64,000 nucleotides of DNA from Somniosus microcephalus (Eukaryota), in the NCBI GenBank assembly GCA_052327205.1, contig CM126208.1:53382001-53446000 (forward strand), written 5' to 3'. Position 1 is the stretch's first letter. Each line of letters begins with the position of its first letter. Shown here piece after piece: positions 25,025 through 35,934 of this stretch. The translations under genes and the position numbers were made by a program. Below the pieces are notes generated by a model that was not told where the DNA came from, searched no databases, and was given only the letters and a program-made list of their open reading frames with translations.

Positions 25025-28000
25025 GCATCGAAACCATAAAGGTTCTCTTACACGAAATGTCCAGAGCGGAAAGCACCCCAAGGAAAGAATGGCACACGAT
25101 CATCCAGATTAAAAAGAGGATAGAAGGACAGCCCACAACCGTCAATCTAAAAGTAAAGTTGGACACAGGAGCTCAGAGCAACATCCTTCCACTGAGACTA
25201 TACCGGATGATCTTCCCCGAAAACTTGGACGAAGATAGATACCCGAAAAGAGGGTGTTTAAAAGCAAACAACGTCACGCTGACAGCGTATGGGGGGAGCG
25301 AGATCAGACAACTCGGAACAACCTATATAAAAGGAACACACAAAGGCAGAAACATCAACTGCATGTTCTATGTGACCGACTCCGAGGGACCGGCGATCTT
25401 GGGATTAAACAGCTGCGAGAAGCTGGGGTTAATCTCGGTAAACCACGAACTAACAAAAATATCACTGAAAGTCGACAGTAACACCCCACTGGAAAATCGT
25501 CCACAAATCATGGACACGAAACATTTGATGGACATGTATCCAGAGTGTTTTGACAACACTGTAGGATGCTTCGGGGAGTTCAAGTACCATATAACAATAG
25601 ATCCAGAGGTAAAACCCGTCATCCACGCTCCAAGAAAAATACCCATCGAGCTAAAAGAAAAATTATACACCGAACTAAAAGAAATGGAAGAGAAAGAAAA
25701 AATCGCAAAGGTCACTGAACCCACAGACTGGGTAAACTCGATTGTGGTACGGGAAAAGCCGAACTGGCGGCTCAGAATCTGTCTGGACCTCAAAGACTTA
25801 AACCAGGCAATAAAGCGGGACCACTACCCCACACCAACATTAGAAGAAATCACACCAGCACTGGCAGGAGCCAAAGTCTTTTCCAAACTGGATGCCAGAA
25901 ACGGCTACTGGAACGTAAAACTGGACGAAGAATCAACTAACCTGACGACTTTTAATACACCATTGGGGCATTATAAATTCCTGCGGCTGCCATTCGGGTT
26001 GAAAGTCAGCCAAGACATCTTCCAACAAAAGATCGATGAAACATACAAAGGCTGTGAAGGAGCCATTGGAATCGCTGATGACATCCAAGTCTACGGAACA
26101 AATGAAAGAGACCACGACGTGCACTTGCACGAGGCCATGGAGCACACCAGAACGGCTGGCATCAAGCTGAAAGCCAAGAAGTGCATCGTTAAAAGTACGA
26201 AATGCAAATTTTTTGGCATGATCTACACACCGGAGGGTGTCAAGCCTAATCCCGAAAAGGCCAAGGCGATAGCACAGATGAAACCTCCAAACGACAAGAA
26301 GGAGCTGAGAAGCTACCTCGGTTTGGTCCAGTATATGAGCTCTTTCATCCCGAACATGTCAGACTACACAGCCAACCTAAGAGAATTACTAAAAGAAGAC
26401 ACCGAATACCAATGGTCAGAATCCCATGAGAGGAACTTCAAACACCTAAAGGAATTATTATGTAAAGAAACCAGCCTGTCTTATTACGATAGAAAAAAAC
26501 CTGTCACCCTGCAGGTAGATGCCTCTGCCAGGGGGCTAGGGGCAGCCCTCATGCAGGAAGGAAAACCAATAGCTTTCGCAGCGAAGGCATTGACATCAGC
26601 AGAGACAAGATACGCAAACATCGAAAGAGAGCTATTGGCAGTAGTATACGGATGCGAAAAGTTCCACACCTACTTATACAGAAGAAAATTCGAGGTAGAG
26701 AGTGACCATCGTCCACTCGAACAAATTTACAAGAAAAACCTAAGCAAGGCCCCAGCAAGACTGCAAAGGTTACTGTTAAGACTCCAAAGTTACGACTTCG
26801 AATTAAAATACCGGCCAGGAAAAGAAATGGCACTGGCAGATGCATTGTCTCGATTGTCACCACACGAGAAACACGAGATGAAGGGCCTGACAGTAAAAAT
26901 ACACCACCTCGTAAATGTTACTCCCACAAAGCTTAGCCAAATTCAAGAGGAGACTGGTAAAGAAGAGGAGTTGCTACTACTCATGCAACAGGTAATACAG
27001 GGGTGGCCGGAGAAGATCCAGCAGGTCCAAAACCAAATCCGACAGTACTGGACAATCAGAGACGACATCTCGGTGGAGGACAGTGTTCTCCTTGCTGGCT
27101 CAAGAATCATAATACCAAAAACGATGCAAACGGAACTTCTCCGCTTAATACACCAAGGCCATATGGGGATGGAGAAATGCAAACTAAGAGCCAGATCAGC
27201 TGTGTACTGGATAGGCATGTACAAAAGCATAGAACAAATGGTCTCCACATGCTGCATATGCCAGAAATACCGAAACACACAGCAGAAGGAGGAGATGATT
27301 CAAATGGAAGTACCCCCGAGACCATGGCACACGGTCGGAACAGATCTGTTCCTGTGCAACCAGGAGTGGTACATCATAGTAGCAGACTACTACTCAAAAT
27401 TTCCTTTTGTCAGAAGGATAAACGACATGAGAGCCACAACAATCACAAAAATTGTGAAAAACTTATTCGCAGAACAGGGCATCCCAGAGAAAGTCATCTG
27501 CGACAATGGGACACAATTCACCTCCAGCGAATTCAGAGCACTGGCTGGAAAATACGGATTTAAAATAATTACCTCATCCCCACATTACCCAAGGGGACAC
27601 GGATTTATTGAAAGACAGATCCAAACCAAAAGAGCTCTCATTAAAAGCAAGGAGATGGGAGAAGACCAAGACCTCGCCCTGTTGGCAATCAGGTCGACGC
27701 CTTTGAGAGTAGACTCGAAATCACCAGCAGAACTACTAAACGGTAGAAAATACAAAACTCTACCAGCAAAAATATATCCTCCCCAGGACCAAGAGGGCGT
27801 TCAGCAGAAGCTGATGGAAACACAAGCTACGGGGAGCACACACTACAACAAGCATGCAAAACCACTACCGGAGCTGCTAAATGGGCAATCAGTGCATATA
27901 CAAGATCCGTTGTTGAGAACATGGAGTCCAGCCAAGGTTATTGGAAAAGCTGATACTCCAAGATCTTACTTGGTAGAGACAGAACCTGGAAACCAATACA

Positions 28001-28233
28001 GGCGAAACAGGATCCATATCAGACCCTCACCTGAAGCTGTCAAACAGCGGACAACATTAACAGCAGTTACGGTACCAGACATGGAAAACAATATAACGCC
28101 AGAAACAAACACCTCAAATACAACAACTGCAAACATGCACTCTCCAGAGCCAAACACGACAGCACCGGCAATAAGAAAAGAACACACCAAAACACCGCAG
28201 AGAGGAATAGTTACAGCCAAGTCCACAAGATAG
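24979..28233 (+). CDS. pol: Pol (protease, RT, RNase H, integrase)
   Basis: 1084-aa ORF: LDTGA, LPFGL, IADDI, DAS..NIERELLAV..DHRPL, HQGH..CCIC, ICDNGTQF. Confidence 0.95.
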   Translation: MGEQDDEDCGYDKALSIETIKVLLHEMSRAESTPRKEWHTIIQIKKRIEGQPTTVNLKVKLDTGAQSNILPLRLYRMIFPENLDEDRYPKRGCLKANNVTLTAYGGSEIRQLGTTYIKGTHKGRNINCMFYVTDSEGPAILGLNSCEKLGLISVNHELTKISLKVDSNTPLENRPQIMDTKHLMDMYPECFDNTVGCFGEFKYHITIDPEVKPVIHAPRKIPIELKEKLYTELKEMEEKEKIAKVTEPTDWVNSIVVREKPNWRLRICLDLKDLNQAIKRDHYPTPTLEEITPALAGAKVFSKLDARNGYWNVKLDEESTNLTTFNTPLGHYKFLRLPFGLKVSQDIFQQKIDETYKGCEGAIGIADDIQVYGTNERDHDVHLHEAMEHTRTAGIKLKAKKCIVKSTKCKFFGMIYTPEGVKPNPEKAKAIAQMKPPNDKKELRSYLGLVQYMSSFIPNMSDYTANLRELLKEDTEYQWSESHERNFKHLKELLCKETSLSYYDRKKPVTLQVDASARGLGAALMQEGKPIAFAAKALTSAETRYANIERELLAVVYGCEKFHTYLYRRKFEVESDHRPLEQIYKKNLSKAPARLQRLLLRLQSYDFELKYRPGKEMALADALSRLSPHEKHEMKGLTVKIHHLVNVTPTKLSQIQEETGKEEELLLLMQQVIQGWPEKIQQVQNQIRQYWTIRDDISVEDSVLLAGSRIIIPKTMQTELLRLIHQGHMGMEKCKLRARSAVYWIGMYKSIEQMVSTCCICQKYRNTQQKEEMIQMEVPPRPWHTVGTDLFLCNQEWYIIVADYYSKFPFVRRINDMRATTITKIVKNLFAEQGIPEKVICDNGTQFTSSEFRALAGKYGFKIITSSPHYPRGHGFIERQIQTKRALIKSKEMGEDQDLALLAIRSTPLRVDSKSPAELLNGRKYKTLPAKIYPPQDQEGVQQKLMETQATGSTHYNKHAKPLPELLNGQSVHIQDPLLRTWSPAKVIGKADTPRSYLVETEPGNQYRRNRIHIRPSPEAVKQRTTLTAVTVPDMENNITPETNTSNTTTANMHSPEPNTTAPAIRKEHTKTPQRGIVTAKSTR

Positions 28234-30286
28234 AGGAGTAACATACAACCACCTGAGTGGTATCGCGAATAATTATAAAAACAATTATAATTCGCACAGA
28301 ACAGTAAAACAACAGTAAAACAACATGGACAAATATCTGTATATAAATTGAGCAAAGAAAGCTCACGTTCTGTATTTTGTTAACGTTATTCAACTGAAAA
28401 CATAGTAAAATAGAAAAATTGATGTCATTAGTTTTGTTGGGAAAGAGGGATGTTACATAGTTATGTTGGGACTACATTGTACAAGTGTACTAACACCCAA
28501 ATCAAGGTAGCAGCACTATGGTGCTGGGAAAGTAGTAGCAGGCGCCACACTGTGGCACTTGGTGGTATCACTCCACACCATGAGGCAGCAGCCATTACTT
28601 AGCAAATAAAACAGTCGTTTATTTTACAAACTACAGAGTCCAGAGTCGTCTTTACAAAGCACTACGAGCGCTAGAAGACATAACACGCGCTCCTCCTACT
28701 TCTCTCTGTTCAGAGAGAAGACAATGAAGTCCCTTCTTCTGGAGTACAGAGTCTCTGAAACCTCCCTGATGCAGCAATGGATGACAAACTGGGAGATGTT
28801 AACTATGTTGCCTGCTCCAGACTGGAAGGATCTGGTGGTGAAAAAATTCAGGGCCACGGTGACCTTGAGGGCCACTGGCAGCGCTGTCGTCACCCTGCTC
28901 TGAGGCTGCAGGTCTGGTTCCAAGAGGTGGCAGAGTTCTGTGACCACCTCCTTGGTGACGCGGAGCCTCCGAATACACTGCTCCTGCCTTAGGTGCAGGT
29001 AGGAGATGTACTCTCGGAAGACCCTAGTTGGGTAAGGCCTCCTGCTGAGAGCACTCCTGCCCCTACTCCTCCTCCCTCTGCGAGCAGCTTGTCCTCTTCT
29101 CTGCTGCCTCTGCTCCATCTCCCTGTCATGCTGCAGTGCGGGGGGGTGGGGACTGCAAGTAGATCCCCCATGACTGGGAGCAAGTGGCCTGAGCAGAGCC
29201 CTTGAATTCAGAAACAAGGCCTTCTCCACTTGCAGCACCACTCCCTGTCACCTCACCAACTTTAAAGAACAGTAGAAAGCTCCAAACAGTTCCACAAACT
29301 TACACAGAGCCAGGAAAAATCAAAAAGCACATTACCTGAAAGTTGTTGATGATTCCTTTAAATATCGCTGGTGTTGTTCCCTTGTGCAGCTGAACAGCGA
29401 CGCCCAAAAAGCAGGTTGTGCATCAAATCAGCATTGCATGCTGATTGACTTCACAATCTGCCTCATTCACATTCTTCTGCCAAACGCAGGCAACGGCCGT
29501 GCCACCGACCTGCCCAAAATGGCGACTGCCACTGCCCGTGTGGCCGGAAGTGAGGCGGCTGCCATTTTTCTGCCGAAACCAGCTAAGAGGGGGAATTTCA
29601 CGGCCTTAGAATCATAGGCCTAGAAATTCGGTTGGTAGCGCCAGCAATTAGCGCCTAAAGAGCCCGAGAATTGGGGCGTTACCCAATGTTTGGGCGGGCG
29701 CAGTGAATATAGCGCCACCTCCCATATTGAGTATTCTTTTAGCGCCGGCGCTAACTCTTTGCGCGCGCCCGCGGGCGCAGGCAGATCATGACATAATTTC
29801 AGTGTGCAACGCCTTTTTGGCACCCCGGACCGGATATTCGGTGGCGCCCGGAACCTTTGCGCCTAGCGCTGTTAGTGACAGTTCGATGGAACGTTACCAG
29901 GCCCTTCTCGTAGTTGGGGGGCGCTATTTAAAGGGGACAGCTCTAGTATAAAAGCTGCAGCCACTTGGCCTGTTCATTGTGATCGTTGCTGGAGAGAGTT
30001 GGTGAGCTACTATGGAGCAGATTTTTTGGAATTTAGCCTTAGAATACTTGGGACCTTCAAACCTGTCCGGAGCAGTTGGAGCGCTACACCGAACAGCATT
30101 TTGACCGACTGGCATCGGAATGGGAGCTGCTTTGGATGGCAACGTCCTCATGGCCGGACACTGTGAAGGGGCAGAGAGACGGCGGGAGAGAGGGCCGGGA
30201 TTGGCCAGAAGGAGGAGGGGCAATGGAGGTCGGCCAATTGAGGGTACGCTGCGAGGGTATTCAGGCAGCAGGTCTCATACCTTGCA

Positions 30287-31360
30287 ATGTCGGAGGAGCA
30301 GTGTGTGCAAAGGCTCCGATTCGGGAAGGAGGTTGTAACTGAGCTGTGCCACCTGCTTGCTCAGGATCTGCAGCCGCGTCTACGGTGCAGGACCTCTCTG
30401 TCGGTGTCCGTTAAAGTGACTGTTGCTCTCAATTTCTATGCCACTGGATCCTTTCAGTCAGCCACTGGGGACATTGCGAATATCTCTCAGTTTGCAGTCC
30501 ATTGTTGCATCCGGCAAGTTACAGCTGCCCTTTATAGACGAAGGCGTCAATTCATCACCTTCCCTCTGAGCCTGGAGAAGCAGGCGGAGCGCGCGCAGGG
30601 CTTCGCTGCTATTGCGGACTTCCCCATGGTGCAGGGGGCGATTGATTGCACACACGTGGCTTTGCGGGCACCATTGCTCAATCCTGAGGACTTCCGCAAC
30701 CACAAGGGGTTCCACTCCCTCAATGTGCAGCTGGTCTGTGACCACCGCCAAATGATCATGGCGGTCAACGCCCAATTCCCAAGGAGCAGCCACGATGCCT
30801 TCATCCTGCGGCAGACCTCAGTTTGTGACCTTTTTGAGGGGCCGGCTCACCCACGAGGCTGGCTTCTTGGGGACAAGGGCTATCCTCTCTGCCCATGGCT
30901 CATGACACCACTCCATTTGGCCGCCACCCCAACAGAAGAGCTGTACAACAGCAGCCATCAGGCGACCAGGAACATTGTAGAGCACACTATTGGTGTGCTC
31001 AAACAGCGTTTCCGCTGTCTGGACCATTCGGGGGGAGCCCTGCAGTACTCGGCGGAGCAAGTGGGTCACATCGTCGTCGTCTGCTGCATGCTCCACAACT
31101 TGGCGATTCGACGCACCCAGCCAATGCCAGCTGTCCCTCAAGGTCCAGCAGAGCAGGCGGACGAGGAAGAGGAGGAGGAGGACGAGCAGGCGGACGAGGA
31201 GGAGGAGGAGGAGCATGCGGACGAGGAGGAGGAGGAGGAGCATGCGGACGAGGAGGAGGAGGAGGAGGAGGAGGAGGAAGATGGGAGGGCTCCTGAAAGT
31301 GGAAGGGCCATCCATCAGAGGCTCATCAGGACTCGGTTCCAGGCCCCTCTGGCGGAATGA
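30287..31360 (+). CDS. HARBI1-like DDE transposase; the likely true start at 30120 is out of frame
   Basis: GAIDCTHV, SSHDAFIL, LLGDKGY, RNIVEHTIGVLKQRFRCL, CCMLHNLA; Glu-rich tail. Confidence 0.9.
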   Translation: MSEEQCVQRLRFGKEVVTELCHLLAQDLQPRLRCRTSLSVSVKVTVALNFYATGSFQSATGDIANISQFAVHCCIRQVTAALYRRRRQFITFPLSLEKQAERAQGFAAIADFPMVQGAIDCTHVALRAPLLNPEDFRNHKGFHSLNVQLVCDHRQMIMAVNAQFPRSSHDAFILRQTSVCDLFEGPAHPRGWLLGDKGYPLCPWLMTPLHLAATPTEELYNSSHQATRNIVEHTIGVLKQRFRCLDHSGGALQYSAEQVGHIVVVCCMLHNLAIRRTQPMPAVPQGPAEQADEEEEEEDEQADEEEEEEHADEEEEEEHADEEEEEEEEEEDGRAPESGRAIHQRLIRTRFQAPLAE

Positions 31361-32179
31361 TGGGTGTCATTCGTCCTGCGCACTTCGGATCTTTGAAAGG
31401 CTCTGAAGGCCAGCATGACTGTAAATAGTTACGTGTACCATTGCAAATTAAAACTTTTCTTTATTGTCACAAAAGTCCTTCCTTCCAGCATAACAACATC
31501 ATGTCAACAGAAACCATAACTAACAAAATAACAGTTAACTCTTCGGCAAAGCCGCAAAACTAAACAAACCATTTCCAACAATCACAACAGGTGAGGGAGT
31601 CCTTGAATTTGGCCAAAGAAACGTCTCTGCACCTCCCTCTACTGCTGGCCCCTTGATGGAGAACGACTTCTCTTTCGCGGTCGGCCCCTTCCCTCCCTGC
31701 TGCTCCTACGTAATTGAACCCCAGTGGCGGGGTCAAGGCTGGGGGACGCCTGCTGACTGTGTGGAAGCGCAGAAGCCCCTGAGGGACGGCCTGGCTGACC
31801 TCTGGTCTTGGAGGGTGCGGACGCAGGCTGCTTGATCTGAGCATGGCTGGAAGCAGTGTGCCCTGCAGGTGGTGGCAGCTGCACTGCAGACGTACCAGCG
31901 GTGGCATGAGCAATGGTCACCTGCTGAGAGAGGACACCTGCACCATGGTCGGACGACACACTGGCTCTCTGAGGGGACCGGTTCGGCTTAACCGCCACAA
32001 TTGCCTGCTCCACTGATTCCTGGCCTTGTATGGTACTGGAAGGGCCCGGGGTGATCCTAGCTGATGCAGATAGGGTGGCTGCAGTGAGAGTTCGCATTGC
32101 CTCAATCTGGGTGTGGACGAGGCCAGCAAGTGACTGCGTGGCAGCAATGAGGACCTGTGTGGCAGGTGCCAGTGCTTCA

Positions 32180-32412
32180 GAGAAGCCCTGGACAGTTCTT
32201 TACATTGCTTTGGACAAGGCCGGAGCAGTCCATTCCACTGCCTCGGACAAGCCCTGGACAGACCTTTCCAGGGATTGTCCGAGGCTCTGAACAGTCCTTT
32301 CCATAGCAGCCTCGAAGCCCTGGACAGTCCTCTCCATAGCAGCCTCGAAGCCCTGGACAGTCCTCTCCATTGCTGCCCCGAAGCCCTGGACAGTCCTCTC
32401 CATTGCTGCTCC
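32180..32412 (-). repeat. 33-bp (11-aa) coding tandem repeat AAMERTVQGFE
   Basis: About 7 copies visible in ORF 32200-32559 and just past its stop. Confidence 0.9.
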
Positions 32413-33173
32413 AAAGTCCAACACACTCTTTGCCAGTGTTTCTATCGACTGAGGCATCCTTCCCACTGCAGCCATCAGCTCAGTGTGCCTGAGCCGGGCC
32501 TTCGTGCTCATTTCAGCAAGGCTACGCACCTCCTCTGCACTCTGTGCAGCAGTCATCACTCCCTGCCTTGCCCTCCGGGGAGCCGGTGGCCAAACTTGCC
32601 TACCACCCCCCCACCGCCGCGCTGCTGCATGCCGCTTGTTCCGGCAACTGGCTCATCAGCAGAGCCTCCCCCACTCCCCTCCAGGGAACTACTATCCCCA
32701 GTCTGCAGATGTGTACGCTCCCCTGAAGTTGGAACGGATGCTCCGACTTCCTCCTGATCCTCGCCTCCGGAGGCACTGGCACTAGCAGCTTCAGGGCGCA
32801 GATCCCGAGTTGGTGATGCAGCATCTGAAAGCAGGGAGGTGGAAGAGTGGCTTTAGCAAAAGGTCAGGTTGGCGGCAAGGCATGCCAGATTGCGGCAAGG
32901 CTCTGACATGGCTGCACACTGAGAAAGCATGCTGGCGGGGGGACCAAGTGGAAGGAGACAGCTGAAAAAGGTGAGAGCCTTACCCTTGCTGTCGAGAAGG
33001 GGGTTGGCAGCTGCAGTGGTAACAGGACCACTCAGACGTCCTCCAAGAATCTGGTGCACTCTCTCCTCGAGATCCGTGAGAGTGACCACTTGTGGAGGTC
33101 CGCCACCGGTTCGATGCGGGTCCTTTCGGATCGTCGCCAGCTTGGACTGCAGGGGAAAGAAGGGGAAGCTCTG

Positions 33174-33343
33174 TTACATGATGCCTTGAGAGATCATCTC
33201 ATGCCCCCCATGGTGCAAGAGCCCTTACATGATGCCTTGAGAGATCATCTCATGCCCCCCATGGTGCAAGAGCCCTTACATGATGCCTTGAGAGATCATC
33301 TCATGCCCCCCATGGTGCAAGAGCCCTTACATGATGCCTTGAG
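33174..33343. repeat. 51-bp perfect minisatellite (3.3 copies) in Myb-gene intron 1
   Basis: ttacatgatgccttgagagatcatctcatgccccccatggtgcaagagccc x3 plus 17 bp. Confidence 0.95.
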
Positions 33344-34519
33344 TCAAATGTGCATGTGTATGCCCAGAAAGGGCCATGGGTGCTTGCTGACAGATGGCCA
33401 TTGGGGCATCATGGCAACAGGGTGCGCGAAGTCAGGTGCAGATGGAGGGAATCAGAAGTTTGCATAAACAACACTCACCCTAACGACCCGAGTGAGGTCG
33501 TTGAATTTCTTCCTGCACTGAACAGGGCTCCTGGTCGCCATGCTGCTGGAGTTGACCCTCTGAGAAACATCCCTCCAAGCTCGGCGGTAATCCTTTTGAT
33601 TCGGCCTCCTGCCATTGTCAGGATACAGAACATCTCGACGGCGCTCCACTGCGGACACCAACTCCTCCAAAGCCTCAGTGCTGAAGCGCTCTGCTCTCTG
33701 TCTCACCTTCTCCATCCTGACCAAGTTTTTTGCGCCAGAGAAGGAAGAGCGCCGATTCTGAGGCCTGCAGGGTGTTGAGTGTGGAAGCTGAGGCTGACTG
33801 ACCCACCCCTTTAAGAGCCGGCCGGCGCCCGGAAGTCTCTGGTTACCGGTAATTGAGATCACCTGCGCTGCGCCCGTCCGTGCCGATATTGGGTAGCGCC
33901 GGAAGTTTTGCACCTTAGGAGGCCCGTGCAACGTCTGAATTTGCGCCTCAATCCCCTTTGGGGGCGATGCAACCCAATATCGCGCCAGGCAGCGATAAGT
34001 TTCGTCTGGCTATAAACTTTGCGCAGCGCCAGTTCTAACGCCTCAAGCGGGGCGATACCCAATTTCTAGGCCATAGAATCATAGAATGATACAGCACAGA
34101 AGGAGGCCATTCAACCCATCGTGCCTGGTAGAGCTGTCCAATTAGTCCCACTCCCCTGCTCTTGCCCCTTAGCCCTGTATTTTTTCCCCCTTAAAGTCTT
34201 TTTCCTTTCCTTCAATTCTCTTTTGAATGTTGCTATTGAGTCTTCTTCAGTCATCAAACTCAGGCATCATATTTTCTCTATGCATCACAGTGCACTTGAT
34301 ATGTAGGCAGATATGTTAAGCAGCTGCATAACCCCAGCTATATTTCTTTCACTGTTCTTTTTTATCATGGTTTTCAAATAAACAGTAGCAATTTCTGGAA
34401 GAACTGTATTATTCAGGTTTGAAGGAAGATTCTGATTAAAAGTTTTGGTATATTTTTAAGAAGTGCTTTTTGGTAATATAATTCATTTGTTTTCCAAGAA
34501 CCAATTTATAAATGCTTAC

Positions 34520-34662
34520 TTTACCATCGCTGAGAAAATCTCATCAAACTTCTTTACAAATTCTTTGAGTGAAGATGTGTATCTTTCCCGAATATCAACA
34601 CCCCAGCAGTCCCTTGCTTCGTAACACTGTGACTCGCCATGAGCAACTCCAGGAAAGATATG
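34520..34662 (-). pseudogene. Pseudo-exon HIFPGVAHGESQCYEARDCWGVDIRERYTSSLKEFVKKFDEIFSAMV
   Basis: tag acceptor, gtaagc donor, 143 nt, open frame, phase 0 to 2. Confidence 0.8.
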
Positions 34663-34781
34663 CTATTATATCAAAAATTCTGGTGGAAATAGCACTTTAA
34701 TTTTCTAATTAAGTTACGTATTTGAAATATCCGTCTAACTGTTAAATGGTCTTCTGTTTTCAGATATGCATGTGCATTAAC

Positions 34782-35380
34782 CTGAATTCACAAACTTTGA
34801 CAAAGTAGAATATGACTTCCCGATAACTGTATTATCTTGTTCAACAACAAGTCTCTGCTCCATTCCCACTCAGACCTCACCGTCCCCGGCCTCTTGCACT
34901 GTTCCACGGAAGCTCAGCGTAAGCTCGAGGAACAGCACCTCACCTTTCAATTAGGCACTCTACAGCCCTCTGGACTCAACATAGAGTTCAACAATTTCAG
35001 ATCATAACCCCGGCCCCTATCACATATAGATATTTTCTTTTTTTTTTATCCACACTTTTTGTTTGGCCCCCTTTTTTCTTCTTCCCTCCCACATGGCAGC
35101 TGTCCTTCATTCTGCCAGCGCAATTCACACTTCATCTAGAGCCATCCTTTGTTCCTTAACCTGTCCTATTACCACCTCCTCTCGCCTTGAATATCTCTTA
35201 ATGTCCCCCTTTTCCCAGCCCCCAAACCTGCTTTCCATTTCCTGCTTTTTTCCAGCTCTGATGAAAGGTCATCGACCTGAAACGTTGACTCTGTTTCTCT
35301 CTCCACGGATGCTGCCCTGGCCTGCTGAGTTTTTCCAGCGTTTTCTGTTGTTATTGCAGACTTGAACAGATTGTTACAAG
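34782..35380 (-). pseudogene. Pseudo-exon LVTICSSLQ|SRDLLLNKIIQLSGSHILLCQSL*IQ split by a Penelope fragment
   Basis: Donor CAG|gttaat in phase 0; acceptor apparently mutated (ttttgcac). Confidence 0.55.
34861..35354 (+). mobile_element. Penelope 3' fragment (end of GIY-YIG domain, 3' UTR, hammerhead motif at 35254-35290)
   Basis: Encodes RKLEEQHLTFQLGTLQPSGLNIEFNNFRS*, matching the end of ORF 53595-54959. Confidence 0.9.
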
Positions 35381-35568
35381 GTGCAAAAGTAAGGAGCACA
35401 GGGCATGATCAAAATTAGCATTCTCATGTAAATTATATAGGTGTGTAATGCTTCTTTCTACTCTTGTGATTCTATCAGGTGATAAGTGCAGTAGCTATGC
35501 AGAGTCTCCGACTATTAATAATTCCAGACACAAAATTCCTCAAGTTGAACCATCTAGTCTGGACCTAC

Positions 35569-35603
35569 TTTAGGATTTTCAATGGAATTGCATCCAGAAA
35601 CTC
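35569..35603 (-). pseudogene. Small pseudo-exon EFLDAIPLKIL
   Basis: ttcag acceptor, gtaggt donor. Confidence 0.5.
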
Positions 35604-35934
35604 CTGAACACCAGTTGGCGGTCATTTGTCATTTGCAATGCATAAAGAGCAACCATAAATATCACAGACAAGCTGCTCAAGGACTACTGGCAACATCTGT
35701 GTACAGCTGAGACACACAGATGGGAAACATGGCAAATTCAATGGATAGAAAAATACGAGGTGACCTAATTGAAGTTTTCAAGATTATGAGGGGAATTGAC
35801 AAAGTTGCTCTCGAATAATCATTCACTATAGCAAAAAATTCAAATAGCAGGGGAAGGGGGACACAAATTAAAAATTAAGGTCCCAATTTTAACTACCCCG
35901 AGTTGGAGGGGGGAGGGGAGCAGTTCAAATAAAA

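Larger units (their letters stand above)
23785..28685 (+). mobile_element. Full-length Mag-clade-like Ty3/Gypsy LTR retrotransposon
   Basis: 235-bp LTRs at 23785-24019 and 28451-28685 (TG...CA, 6 differences by eye); PBS TGGTGGCAGCGGT; PPT GGGAAAGAGGGA; TSD cgtgc/cgcgc. Confidence 0.97.
23200..29170 (-). pseudogene. HARBI1-like Harbinger transposase split by the Gypsy element
   Basis: 28696-29241 N-half (RRPYPTRVFRE, KVTVALNFF); 23526-23744 C-half (IDCTHVALRAP, YPGSSHDAF). Confidence 0.85.
20200..29605. mobile_element. Decayed two-gene PIF/Harbinger transposon carrying nested CR1s and a Gypsy
   Basis: Right TIR GGGAATTTCACGGCC; probable left TIR GGGGTTGAAATTGG; Myb-partner remnants on + (20650-20730, 20892-20945, 22075-23033); HARBI1-like remnants on -. 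Confidence 0.75.
31639..33715 (-). pseudogene. Three-exon Myb/SANT-like DNA-binding partner gene (33715-33479, 33146-32984, 32824-31639)
   Basis: RAERFSTEALEEL..AWRDVS..RSPVQCRKKFNDL; RTGGGPP; canonical GT-AG sites; frameshift at a G-run near 32610 and TAA at 32200. Confidence 0.85.
29617..34072. mobile_element. Full-length two-gene PIF/Harbinger transposon
   Basis: Perfect TIR GGCCTAGAAATT / AATTTCTAGGCC; ATA TSD within a (tagaatca)n CR1 tail; convergent transposase and Myb/SANT genes. Confidence 0.95.

Noticed and set aside
30287-31360. Domesticated host HARBI1 gene
   Set aside because: It lies within TIRs and a TSD, has a Myb partner gene, and has an N-terminal frameshift.
30818-31406. 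Poly-Leu, poly-Arg and poly-Gly ORFs
   Set aside because: They are alternative frames of the GAG-rich transposase tail.
33174-33343. CRISPR-like array
   Set aside because: Units are contiguous with no unique spacers, there are no cas genes, and the context is eukaryotic.
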